A DNA stretch of 64,000 nucleotides, from NCBI GenBank assembly GCA_964464605.1, contig CAYXJN010000002.1:248001-312000 (forward strand), given 5' to 3'. Source of the stretch: an uncultured Ignavibacteriales bacterium (GTDB lineage Bacteria; Zixibacteria; MSB-5A5; GN15; FEB-12). The notes under the pieces were generated by a model. It worked only from the letters and a program-made list of their open reading frames with translations. It was not told the DNA's origin and did no database searches. The translations under genes were made by a program, and so were the position numbers. Positions 51,815 through 60,858 of this stretch are shown piece by piece (the stretch's first letter is position 1; each line of letters begins with the position of its first letter).

Positions 51815-53245
51815 TTAGTAGATATTGTACCGGGCAATACGGTCGCGAAGGGTGTTGCGGGAGATACCCAAGCACTCGGAGGTCTTAACCTGATTTCCTT
51901 CGAAATGCTTCAGGCATGATGACAACAGTGCCCGTTCAAATGCTGAATCAAGTACGCCATACACCTGTCCCGGCGATGCGGAAATTAGCTGCGGTACGAG
52001 CGGATCGATAATCCTTTTGAACGCAGCTGAATAATCTTCCGACAAATTGGCGACATCCACATCCGGTTTCACTTCCGACTCGGTTATACCGGGGAAATCT
52101 TCCGGCTGCAGCGAATCTCCCTTGCACATTACCAGCGCGGTCTGAACGACGTTTTGCAGTTCACGCACATTACCCGGCCAGGAGTATTTGCCCAGCAAGG
52201 CCAGCGCTTTTTTGGAAATCGTTTTCAAGGGCTGCTGCATCTGTCCCGAGAACTTTTGCAGGAAATGATCGACCAGTAGTGGGATATCTTCCTTACGTTC
52301 CCGAAGCGGCGGCATATGAATTGAGAATACCTTTAAGCGGTAAAACAGGTCGACGCGGAATGAGCCCTCTTTCATGCAGTTAACAAGTGATTTGTTGGTC
52401 GCAGCGATAATACGGACATCGACATTGATCGAATCATTTCCCCCGACTCGTTCGAATTTCTTTTCCTGGAGAACGCGCAGGAGCTTCGACTGGGTGAGCA
52501 TCGACATATCGCCGATCTCATCCATAAACAGCGTCCCTTTGTCACACTGCTCGAACTTACCAATACGCTTGAAATAGGCTCCGGTGAACGCACCCTTTTC
52601 ATGTCCGAACAATTCGGATTCCAATAGCGTTTCATGCAGTGCAGCACAATTGACCGACAAGAAGGCATTACCGTTCCGTTTAGAGTTGCGATGAATCGCC
52701 CGCGCTACTAATTCCTTACCGGTACCGGACTCACCAAAAATCAAAACGGCGGCGTCTGTCTTAGCAACCTGGCCGATCATCTTCGCAATTTCGACTATTT
52801 CAGGGGACTTACCGATAATCTCATCGATACTATGCCCTTTGCTATCTCCTTTGGACGGGATAACCTGCGGCATCTGGTTAATCGAAAACCCACAGGCCTT
52901 ATTGACAGTCTCGATTAATCGGTCGAGCTGGAACGGCTTGGTAAGATACTCAAAAGCGCCTTCCCGCATCGCTTCGATAGCATTTTCCGTGGAAACAAAG
53001 CCCGAGATAACAATAACCGGCAGACCATGTTTGACTTCCTTGATCTGCTTTAAGACTTCGAGACCGGACATAGACGGCAGATTGACATCAAGCATGACCA
53101 AATCGATATCGGAATGTTCGCCGACATAGGATTTGACTTTGTCCCCGTCTTCTAAAAAGTCGAAATGAAATTTGCTGGAATCAAACAGATTTGCGAGTGA
53201 ACTCGACAAATCTTTATCATCATCAACCAACAGGATGTTCTTCAT
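51815..53245 (-). CDS. sigma54-dependent response regulator (NtrC family: REC-AAA+-Fis HTH)
   Basis: VDDD and LDVNLP receiver, GESGTGKE, GAFTGA, WPGNVREL, LGISRNTL. Confidence 0.95.
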   Translation of the reverse strand: MKNILLVDDDKDLSSSLANLFDSSKFHFDFLEDGDKVKSYVGEHSDIDLVMLDVNLPSMSGLEVLKQIKEVKHGLPVIVISGFVSTENAIEAMREGAFEYLTKPFQLDRLIETVNKACGFSINQMPQVIPSKGDSKGHSIDEIIGKSPEIVEIAKMIGQVAKTDAAVLIFGESGTGKELVARAIHRNSKRNGNAFLSVNCAALHETLLESELFGHEKGAFTGAYFKRIGKFEQCDKGTLFMDEIGDMSMLTQSKLLRVLQEKKFERVGGNDSINVDVRIIAATNKSLVNCMKEGSFRVDLFYRLKVFSIHMPPLRERKEDIPLLVDHFLQKFSGQMQQPLKTISKKALALLGKYSWPGNVRELQNVVQTALVMCKGDSLQPEDFPGITESEVKPDVDVANLSEDYSAAFKRIIDPLVPQLISASPGQVYGVLDSAFERALLSSCLKHFEGNQVKTSECLGISRNTLRDRIARYNIY

Positions 53246-53346
53246 ACGTCCCGAAATGTCCCTTTGTTTGCTTAGGGATAGTATCGGCGAAATCGTTCAA
53301 ATTTTGAGCGGAAGTTGAAAAAAAGAGATCGGACGGTCGACCGGGG

Positions 53347-54192
53347 TCAGCGCTCTTCGTCGTACAGGTACTTAACGGCAGTCCCTATCCATATATAGTA
53401 GACAAGCAGATCGACCAAAAGACCGCCCAAAATGTGCCAGAAGACCAGTTCGGGACGGAATTTATCGACTATAATGTCCGGACGGGACAGGATAATGGAG
53501 ATTACCGATGGGACAACCAAAAGTAAGACCGCCAGAATCAGGAAGGTAAACGGGTTCCGGATAAACATCCGCAATGACCGCTTGAGCGCCCGGAAAATCG
53601 TTTCTCTATAAATAGCAATTCTGGCAATGACTAAGTAAAAGACAGCAAGCAGAAGCATGTAGATACCGGGCAGAATTGCGTAATAGAACAATACCTGCCG
53701 CCGTGGCGAATACCGCAAAAAGGAATCAAGCCAGGTAGGAAGGAACACATTAAACGCTACCGCTAATCCGTTAATTAGCAGCCAGCCGATAGTAAGGTGA
53801 ATCCACAGCGGCATGAGGGAACGAAGGGTCGTTCTATCCTCTTTGGTCGTTCGGGTAAAGCCATCATGAAACGCTACTGCTACTCCGCCGAGTAATAAGC
53901 CTTCGATAATCATTCCGAGTATGAATCTCGCCCAGCTGAAAAAGTCAGGCATCAGTAAAAAATGACCGGGGTAGTGCATGAATCCGATCGCCCGCTGCTC
54001 GCCAAAGAGTCTTGACCAAAGCGCCATGGCGCCGGAAAAAATCGGCGAGGTAAAATCGTAATGGGCAACTAAGACGATGGTATTCAGAATAAACCAGATG
54101 AACAACAGAGCCCAAATACGGCCGCGTCCCATTTGCCGAAAGGTTTCGACAAAGAGGTCAATGAGCCGATTCAACCCCGTTACAATGCTCAT
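53347..54192 (-). CDS. Polytopic membrane protein of unknown function
   Basis: About 6 hydrophobic helices, co-oriented in the operon. Confidence 0.7.
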   Translation of the reverse strand: MSIVTGLNRLIDLFVETFRQMGRGRIWALLFIWFILNTIVLVAHYDFTSPIFSGAMALWSRLFGEQRAIGFMHYPGHFLLMPDFFSWARFILGMIIEGLLLGGVAVAFHDGFTRTTKEDRTTLRSLMPLWIHLTIGWLLINGLAVAFNVFLPTWLDSFLRYSPRRQVLFYYAILPGIYMLLLAVFYLVIARIAIYRETIFRALKRSLRMFIRNPFTFLILAVLLLVVPSVISIILSRPDIIVDKFRPELVFWHILGGLLVDLLVYYIWIGTAVKYLYDEER

Positions 54193-54226
54193 GTACGGAA
54201 ATTCCCTTTCCCTGAATGCGGACTAT

Positions 54227-55789
54227 TTAGGGCGAAACACTGCGAACAACAGACCCAGTACTTAATCCGTGGCGATCAAAAACAAAGATTCTGAAAAAGG
54301 TCTGTACCGGCGGATCTAAAAATTCCGCAGTGAACTCGGTAGTACCTACATCGGTAATAAACGAGACTAATTCACTCGCAGTGGTTACCGTAGCGTTGTT
54401 GGCGCGGTAAATCCGGTAGGAACTAAAATCGACATCCGGGCTTGCCGCCCAGGTTAGCGAAACCGTGCTGTCAGCATTTTTCACGGCAAAGAACTCAACC
54501 GCCTGCGGTGCAACGTTCACTTGTGTTTGTGCGGACACTTCGTTCGAGCCGCTGTTAAGACCGGTGTTGTCATACACGAACACTTTGTAATAGGCGGTTG
54601 TGTTATCGTTCAATGTCGAATCGGTAAACTCCAACTGGCTTTGATCATTTATCGAAATGAGCAGTTGCGAAGCCGTGGTCACATTCGGCGTTAACGAACG
54701 ATAGATACGATACGCCGTGAAGTTCCCGCTCTCCGATGAAGTCCACGTTAGCTGAATCTGGAAAGTCGACAGCGCGAAGGCAGCGACAGTCACCGGCAGC
54801 GGCGGGCTGAAGACATTCAACGTCTGCGTTGCCTGTTTTGAAACCGCATTCGTACCGGCGCGGTCGACAAATTCACCGGTGATAATGCCGTTATTAATCG
54901 TCGTGTTAATCGGAACAACCCAATTGGCTGAATAAATACCGTCGTTTGCGGTAACGTCACCATCTGCCCCTTTATCGAATAATTCGATCTGCGGTAAGCT
55001 GGGACTGGTAACTCCGGCCTGCCCCCCGGCTTCACGCGCATAAATGAAGAATGTCACGGTCACACCGGGACCGATCGGTGAACTGCTTGAAGTAAACTTA
55101 ACGGAATCAATCGTAGCGCGGGTATCGAGCGTAATCGTATCGCTCCTCAGCACACCGGATTCATTGCCGTCTTCAAATTCCAAACGGCCATACACTACTT
55201 TGGCACCGTCGCTGTCGGACAACTTAAACGACGCACTGCCGTTAAACGGCTTGAACGTTGCACCGACCATGTCGATATCTTCAGAAAGCATGATATGGGT
55301 AACGATTAACGGAGCATCGACCGTAACAGTAACATCCCGGCTGTTGGTGAATTCATCGTCATCATTAACGGCAATCGACATAAAAGCGATACGCGCTGCG
55401 ATAGCATCGGAACGTTCCCCTTCAAACCCACCCGGAGCAACGGCAGCTACGCGAAAAAACTGCACTCCGGTTTTACCGAAATCAAAAACCGATTTCGTAA
55501 AGGCGACGCCGGTGGTGGAATCGATTACCCGAAAATCGACATCGTTGGAATCACTGACATAAATTCTGAATTTTGCGATGCCGGAAGAGTCATTAGTCTC
55601 CCATGTCAAGGTTACCTGCTTATCCTCCAAACGCGCGTGCACGTTGATCGGTTTCGGCAGACTGACTTCTGTCGGCTCCGGCTCGCGGTTCGTCACATGA
55701 CGCTCACATCCGGCGCTTATTACTAAAAGAAGCATTGCTGACAAAAACAGCAACCGCTTGCGTAGGCAGGATCGTTTAGAATGCGACAC
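54227..55789 (-). CDS. Fibronectin type III repeat lipoprotein with a Ca-binding-like (choice-of-anchor X-like) module
   Basis: Lipobox ISAGC; three LTW...Y/FRIY FN3 units; LFDKGADGDVTANDGIYS motif. Confidence 0.75.
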   Translation of the reverse strand: MSHSKRSCLRKRLLFLSAMLLLVISAGCERHVTNREPEPTEVSLPKPINVHARLEDKQVTLTWETNDSSGIAKFRIYVSDSNDVDFRVIDSTTGVAFTKSVFDFGKTGVQFFRVAAVAPGGFEGERSDAIAARIAFMSIAVNDDDEFTNSRDVTVTVDAPLIVTHIMLSEDIDMVGATFKPFNGSASFKLSDSDGAKVVYGRLEFEDGNESGVLRSDTITLDTRATIDSVKFTSSSSPIGPGVTVTFFIYAREAGGQAGVTSPSLPQIELFDKGADGDVTANDGIYSANWVVPINTTINNGIITGEFVDRAGTNAVSKQATQTLNVFSPPLPVTVAAFALSTFQIQLTWTSSESGNFTAYRIYRSLTPNVTTASQLLISINDQSQLEFTDSTLNDNTTAYYKVFVYDNTGLNSGSNEVSAQTQVNVAPQAVEFFAVKNADSTVSLTWAASPDVDFSSYRIYRANNATVTTASELVSFITDVGTTEFTAEFLDPPVQTFFRIFVFDRHGLSTGSVVRSVSP

Positions 55790-56510
55790 TGAGTTGAACT
55801 CCCACAGTGTTAAAATCTGTTTGCGGCGTTATCGAAAGTTTCTGGGTAGTGATTTCTTCATCGTCATGATCATGCGGGAAAAAGAGCAGCGCGTCGAGCA
55901 CGTTCAACGCCCACACACCGGCGAAAACCCCGATGGCCACGCGGCGCATATTTTCCGCATCGTACGCGTGGTTCTGCGCTGATTGCAGCTCCGGAAACAA
56001 TTGTCGTCTCCGCTCATCGGTTGTAGCGTTGTTATATCGGTCGAGCGCAATTTCATAATCATCGAACTTGTTATTGAAGTTACCGTCAGCAATAAGAAAC
56101 CCGCCCGCAGCAAGCGCGGCACCGATAGTAAACAAGTATCCTTTCGTTTTCTTTTCACTGTATCGCTGACCCCACCCAGGAATAAAGAGTGACCTCAGTC
56201 CTGCTTTCATCGCCGACTTCGGCGTCAGCGTTGCATCAACAGTTGCTTCACGGGAAGGATCCAACACGAGTTTGGTCGAATAGCTTTCGTATCCGGATTT
56301 TTTGACCGTGATGTTGTACGTTCCGATCAATCGCTGCTGAAAACGGGTCGGTGTAACACCGGCAAGTTCCGCATCTCCCTTAACAACGACCTGCGCACCG
56401 GGAGGATTTGAGTTCACTACCAATCCGACACTCTGCGCGCACAAGTGCGCAGCAGTAGACAGCAGGAAAAATCCTGCCAAGAGCGTTATCTTTTGAATCT
56501 TCATTATCAT
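55776..56510 (-). CDS. PEGA domain protein with a DUF5683-like C-terminal membrane region
   Basis: VNSNPPGAQV...GVTP PEGA motif; SLFIPGWGQRY; WALNVLDA. Confidence 0.8.
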   Translation of the reverse strand: MIMKIQKITLLAGFFLLSTAAHLCAQSVGLVVNSNPPGAQVVVKGDAELAGVTPTRFQQRLIGTYNITVKKSGYESYSTKLVLDPSREATVDATLTPKSAMKAGLRSLFIPGWGQRYSEKKTKGYLFTIGAALAAGGFLIADGNFNNKFDDYEIALDRYNNATTDERRRQLFPELQSAQNHAYDAENMRRVAIGVFAGVWALNVLDALLFFPHDHDDEEITTQKLSITPQTDFNTVGVQLSVAF

Positions 56511-56560
56511 CTAATCTATCGGTAGGATAGCAGATAAGTCCATATAAAAACAAGTGGAAC

Positions 56561-56587
56561 AAAAAAGGTCGTGCGTGCACGACCTTT
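56561..56587 (-). terminator. Intrinsic terminator after the sugar transferase
   Basis: AAAGGTCGTGC-gt-GCACGACCTTT with A-tract. Confidence 0.7.
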
Positions 56588-56617
56588 CTGCAATTACTGA
56601 ATGGGTGAAGGGACTAT

Positions 56618-57544
56618 TTAGTGGGCGCCTTTGCCCGTAAACATCACTTTGACAGTCTTCAGAATAATCTTCAGTTCGAGCCACGGTGTCCATGTGTTGA
56701 TATACTGGCAGTCGAGTGACACTTTGCGAACCACCGAATCCAGCGATGAATCGTATCCATTCACAACCTGAGCAAGACCGGTTAATCCCGGTTTCACGGT
56801 CAGGCGATTCGCATATCCCGGCACCTGGTCGACCAGTTCTTTGACGAACTTCGGACGTTCCGGGCGCGGACCGACCAGCGACATGTCGCCGATCAAAATA
56901 TTGACAAACTGGGGAATTTCATCCAAACGGGTTTTGCGAAGGAATTTACCAACGCGGGTAATGCGCGGGTCATCTTCTGTCGCCCAGACCGGACCGCTGA
57001 CAGTTTCCGCATCCTGGCGCATGGTGCGGAATTTGATGACATCAAACAGCTTTCCATACTGGTTTTCGACACGGCGATCATTCTTTCGTTCACAAGAAAC
57101 TCCGGCGCGCTGATGATAACGGCGGGAGGCTTTACGGCGGTTAATGCCGACACGGGTCTGGGTGTAAAACGCCGGACCGCGGGACTCGAGCTTAATTGCT
57201 AACGGGATAAGTATGAACAGCGGGGAGGCAAGAACCAGCCCGACTATGGAACCGACGATATCAAGGGTACGCTTAAACACCCGTTGGAATAGGGCATTCA
57301 TTGCCCCAGCTTTTGTCAGTGAGCTTGGCATCGTCAGGATAAAGATCGAAGATAAGGCGACGAAAAGTACACCGACCACATATTCTGAATACAAAAACGA
57401 GATACTTCGGGTGATTGTCAAGGAACCAGTCGGAGCCGGCTCATATGAGGAAATCTTGGTCGCAGCACCATGTTGAACATCGTAGGTGACGGCCGTTCCT
57501 GAGCCCATTTCTACTTTATTCGTAACAGTTTTCATGCTTTCCAT
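56618..57544 (-). CDS. Polyprenyl-phosphate priming sugar transferase (bacterial sugar transferase family)
   Basis: KRTLDI, KFRTM, DDPRITRVGKFLRKTRLDEIPQ, GDMSLVGPRPE, KPGLTGLAQV. Confidence 0.92.
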   Translation of the reverse strand: MESMKTVTNKVEMGSGTAVTYDVQHGAATKISSYEPAPTGSLTITRSISFLYSEYVVGVLFVALSSIFILTMPSSLTKAGAMNALFQRVFKRTLDIVGSIVGLVLASPLFILIPLAIKLESRGPAFYTQTRVGINRRKASRRYHQRAGVSCERKNDRRVENQYGKLFDVIKFRTMRQDAETVSGPVWATEDDPRITRVGKFLRKTRLDEIPQFVNILIGDMSLVGPRPERPKFVKELVDQVPGYANRLTVKPGLTGLAQVVNGYDSSLDSVVRKVSLDCQYINTWTPWLELKIILKTVKVMFTGKGAH

Positions 57545-57574
57545 AGTTAATTTCCTCCTTCCGTGTCCTACTAA

Positions 57575-57590
57575 AGCAAATCCATTGCCA
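57575..57590 (-). promoter_or_regulatory. sigma54 promoter of the sugar transferase
   Basis: TGGCAA-TGGAT-TTGCT, a near-consensus -24/-12, about 30 nt above the start and upstream of RBS GGAGG. Confidence 0.75.
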
Positions 57591-57660
57591 TAAATCCACT
57601 TTCCCTAATAAAACAGGTACACTGGAACAATTTTTCTTAATGAAATAATTTTGCGTTGAC

Positions 57661-57673
57661 TATCAATACGTTA
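57661..57673 (+). promoter_or_regulatory. IHF binding site
   Basis: TATCAA-TACG-TTA, an exact match to WATCAANNNNTTR, about 70 bp upstream of the sigma54 promoter. Confidence 0.6.
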
Positions 57674-57820
57674 CAAGAGTGTCTCCTAATGAAATTGTTA
57701 CAATAATCACAAGTTCTTGACTGAAGCGGACAGTAAGTATCGGAGAAAGCCAACAAACTGCAGGAACTTGTGAAACAAAGTGCACTTTATTACAACTGAC
57801 CAAGAGTCCGGCTTAAAACG

Positions 57821-57847
57821 AAAAAGCCGACCTTTCGGTCGGCTTTT
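57821..57847 (-). terminator. Intrinsic terminator after the porV-like gene
   Basis: AAAAGCCGACC-tttc-GGTCGGCTTTT. Confidence 0.8.
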
Positions 57848-57877
57848 CATATTATAGCCAGCAAGGAGAAAAGGGGC

Positions 57878-58825
57878 TTATTTCTGGCCGAACTGGAAGG
57901 CCAAAGAGAACCGATGCAGGGATTCTTTGGTCTGGCTGTCCTGCATGGTGTAGGCGTAATCCAGCTCGACGGCGCGGAAGTTAACACCGGCACCGAAGGA
58001 TAAACCGGAAGCGATTGAGCGGTCCTGATCCTGGACATCGTAATCGTAACCGGTACGGAGAAAGTACTGACCGTTGTAGTTGAATTCGAAACCGTTGCGG
58101 ACAACCATATCACCGGCGAAGCGCTGTTCAACTTCGACTGAGGTACGGAGCGAATTTGAGAACGGCAGGAAGGAAACGCCAACCCGGGCAGCGCTCGGAA
58201 GCGGTTCCTTTGCATCCTGGTAGGTCATATCGGTTCCGACATTGGCAACCACACCGGCGACCGTAAAACGTTCTGCGGTATAGCTGGCGCCAAAGTCGGC
58301 AGCCAGGGCGTAGGCACCCATGTTTTCAATCTTCTGTGAAACATACTTTCCGGTAACACCGAGGGAGATATTGTCATTGATCGTGCGGGCAAGTGAGAGA
58401 CCGGCAGCCATATCATAGGCAGTGATGTCGCCGGTTTCGACGCCGTTTATGTCGCGGCCCTGAACGGAACCATAATTGAGGTAGATAACCGAAACGGACA
58501 GGGCGGTCTTTTCGTTAACGCTAAAACCGGCGGCGGCATGGTTGACCGTGATATCCTGATACCAGCTATAATGGCCGAGGGTCACTTCCCCACCTTCTAA
58601 TGAGGTCAAACCGGCCGGGTTCCAATATGAAGCACTCACGCCTTTAGACATGGCGGTGTACGCTCCACCCATACCGGCGGCCTGGGCACCCATACCTATT
58701 AATAAGAACTCGCCAGCGGACTGACCGGCATTGGAACCGGCGAAAGCTGACATGGCGGACAAGATAATGGTGGCTGCGGTAACCTTTACGGTCTTTGATA
58801 CTGTGTTGATAATCTGCTTTTTCAT
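57878..58825 (-). CDS. PorV/PorQ family (FadL-like) outer membrane barrel
   Basis: FLLIGMGAQAAGMGGAY...YWNPAGL, GVTGKY, LRTGY, DYAY, HRFSL. Confidence 0.85.
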   Translation of the reverse strand: MKKQIINTVSKTVKVTAATIILSAMSAFAGSNAGQSAGEFLLIGMGAQAAGMGGAYTAMSKGVSASYWNPAGLTSLEGGEVTLGHYSWYQDITVNHAAAGFSVNEKTALSVSVIYLNYGSVQGRDINGVETGDITAYDMAAGLSLARTINDNISLGVTGKYVSQKIENMGAYALAADFGASYTAERFTVAGVVANVGTDMTYQDAKEPLPSAARVGVSFLPFSNSLRTSVEVEQRFAGDMVVRNGFEFNYNGQYFLRTGYDYDVQDQDRSIASGLSFGAGVNFRAVELDYAYTMQDSQTKESLHRFSLAFQFGQK

Positions 58826-58865
58826 AACTCTTTCCCCTTTCGTTGTGCTGTACGCAGAAGACTAT

Positions 58866-58881
58866 TGCAAGCCGGCTGCCG
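58866..58881 (-). promoter_or_regulatory. Putative sigma54 promoter of the porV-like gene
   Basis: CGGCAG-CCGGC-TTGCA, with correct GG/GC spacing, about 40 nt above the ATG. Confidence 0.55.
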
Positions 58882-59381
58882 AAAGGCCGCGGGGATGGGC
58901 CAAATTAGGGGGGCAAAAGCAGATTTTCTTGAGTGCTTTAAGTTATTTAATTGCAACGAATTATACGGTCGCGTTTCGTTTTGGAATGAAGAAATTGAGA
59001 TGAATGGCAAGCCGCCCGATCGCCAAATTTCGGGGGTTTTGAGTAGTTCTTGAACATCCATGTAGGCTTCGTTCCCTCCAGGAACCGTAGTCCATTATCC
59101 CCATGTGAGTTATGGGTAGGTGCCACATTTTTTGACACACCTGTTTCAATTGTCGACGAAATGAACAGTTAGTTTAGCGGTGGGAACCTGTCCACTCGAA
59201 CTTTTTTTCTTAATACGACAAATCTTCCCACTTAGTCAACAAGAAACACAACAGAATGTGGTCTTTCTTTTTTTGTTTGGTTTCTGTTGTATATGCGGGT
59301 CGATTTTGGAGAGAAAATACAATGCGACTGTTTCAGGGGGAAACAGATTTATCGTTAAAATGAGCTAAGGCGAGTGATTGT

Positions 59382-60821
59382 TCAGTTTGAAACCGGTTTT
59401 CGTACCCGGTAACAGTACAAAGAGTCGATCCGCTGGGGGATCGAGTCGAACAACGGCGCTATCGCTGAATCATACATATATAAAGGCTGCTCAGTCACAA
59501 GAACATTCGCCCCGCCCGCTAACGGTACTTGCAAAGTATCCAAGAACAGCCCATGCCTGATCGGCCAGCCGTGGCGGTTCATTTGGTACAGTCGAACTGC
59601 GGTGGTCGGGTCCTCTACTATGACTAAATCAGTTTTCTGAATATGCAATTCGGCATCACGACGAATAGCGTCAAAGTTGCTTTTCAAAGTGAAACGATCT
59701 TTGATACGAACAGCAGTGACGAGTAATGCAACTATGCAAAAACCGATAACCGCTTTCTGCATGAGTGCATTCTTCTTCCATAAGAATGCCAACCCAAATC
59801 CGGAAATGGCGGCCATTGCCGGTACTATAATGAGGCCGTAATAATCATGGTTATTGGCGATCATCGAAGTCAACCCCAAAGCAATCCCCCCGGCAATAAA
59901 CCAAAGCCAGAAGAATCCGCCGCTTTTTTGACGGATTGATGCTACTACTCCTATTATGAAAGGAACCAACATCCCCCACCCCACCCAAAGCTCCGGCAAA
60001 CGCTGTATATAATGTCGCGTAAAATGCACCGCAGAAAACCAATGCTCCGGAAAGTCCCAGAATGTTTCTCCCAAATAAAATCCCGGGCTTCCATACTGTT
60101 CATTCAATGAACGTGCAAACATAAACCAGGCGAATGGCAATCCAACTGCGGCGGCTATATATAATGTAAAGGCCACCCATCGCCGAATCTCAATAGGCTT
60201 CTTACTCCATACCAAATACAAAAGCGGGAGCAAGAGCGGTACGCTAACCGGCTTTAACATAGCGGAAATCGTGAGCAGCAGAATTGAAATCAGTAAATAC
60301 CTAAGCTGCTTGGTGCTGATGAATCTATCAAAGGTATAGACCGCCCATATCGCCAGAGCAAGCATGGTGATATCCGGCATGATTTTGAATGAATAGAAAA
60401 AGAAAAGGGGGGACAGCGCGAGAGCGCATACGCCGAATGCGGCAACGGCAGTATCTTGAAATCTGGATAGCAGCAGCTTATAGAATCCCCATAATCCTAA
60501 AAGTGCGGCAATGAGTGTTAAGAGTCTTGGTATCGCATGATGAACGCCGAACAGAGTGTAGAAAATAGCGGTAATGTAACAGTAGATCGGGAATTCCATC
60601 CCGGTTATCCCCTCCCCCGCCCCACGCTGATTCACCCGGGGATGAAGAAACGTGAAGTCTTCCTGATAGTAATTCAACGCAACAGCGGCAGTATCGGATT
60701 CACGCCATTGATGATGTCCATACGGCGGGGAATCAATCAAATAAAAATGGCAAAAAGCAAAGACTGCCGCGCACACGATCGCAATTGCGATTGGATAACG
60801 GGCAGTCTTTTCAGAATTCAT
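59382..60821 (-). CDS. GT-C fold glycosyltransferase (ArnT/GT39 PMT-like)
   Basis: HQWRESDT acidic first loop, GMEFP, KIMPD, LKP, HDYY, many TM helices. Confidence 0.8.
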   Translation of the reverse strand: MNSEKTARYPIAIAIVCAAVFAFCHFYLIDSPPYGHHQWRESDTAAVALNYYQEDFTFLHPRVNQRGAGEGITGMEFPIYCYITAIFYTLFGVHHAIPRLLTLIAALLGLWGFYKLLLSRFQDTAVAAFGVCALALSPLFFFYSFKIMPDITMLALAIWAVYTFDRFISTKQLRYLLISILLLTISAMLKPVSVPLLLPLLYLVWSKKPIEIRRWVAFTLYIAAAVGLPFAWFMFARSLNEQYGSPGFYLGETFWDFPEHWFSAVHFTRHYIQRLPELWVGWGMLVPFIIGVVASIRQKSGGFFWLWFIAGGIALGLTSMIANNHDYYGLIIVPAMAAISGFGLAFLWKKNALMQKAVIGFCIVALLVTAVRIKDRFTLKSNFDAIRRDAELHIQKTDLVIVEDPTTAVRLYQMNRHGWPIRHGLFLDTLQVPLAGGANVLVTEQPLYMYDSAIAPLFDSIPQRIDSLYCYRVRKPVSN

Positions 60822-60858
60822 TATCTATTCTGCTCATCAGCAGAACAACAAACAACTA

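Noticed and set aside
58822..59368. Short ORFs in the intergenic region upstream of the porV-like gene
   Set aside because: No coding signal; the region looks like an AT-rich regulatory region with enhancer-like inverted repeats.
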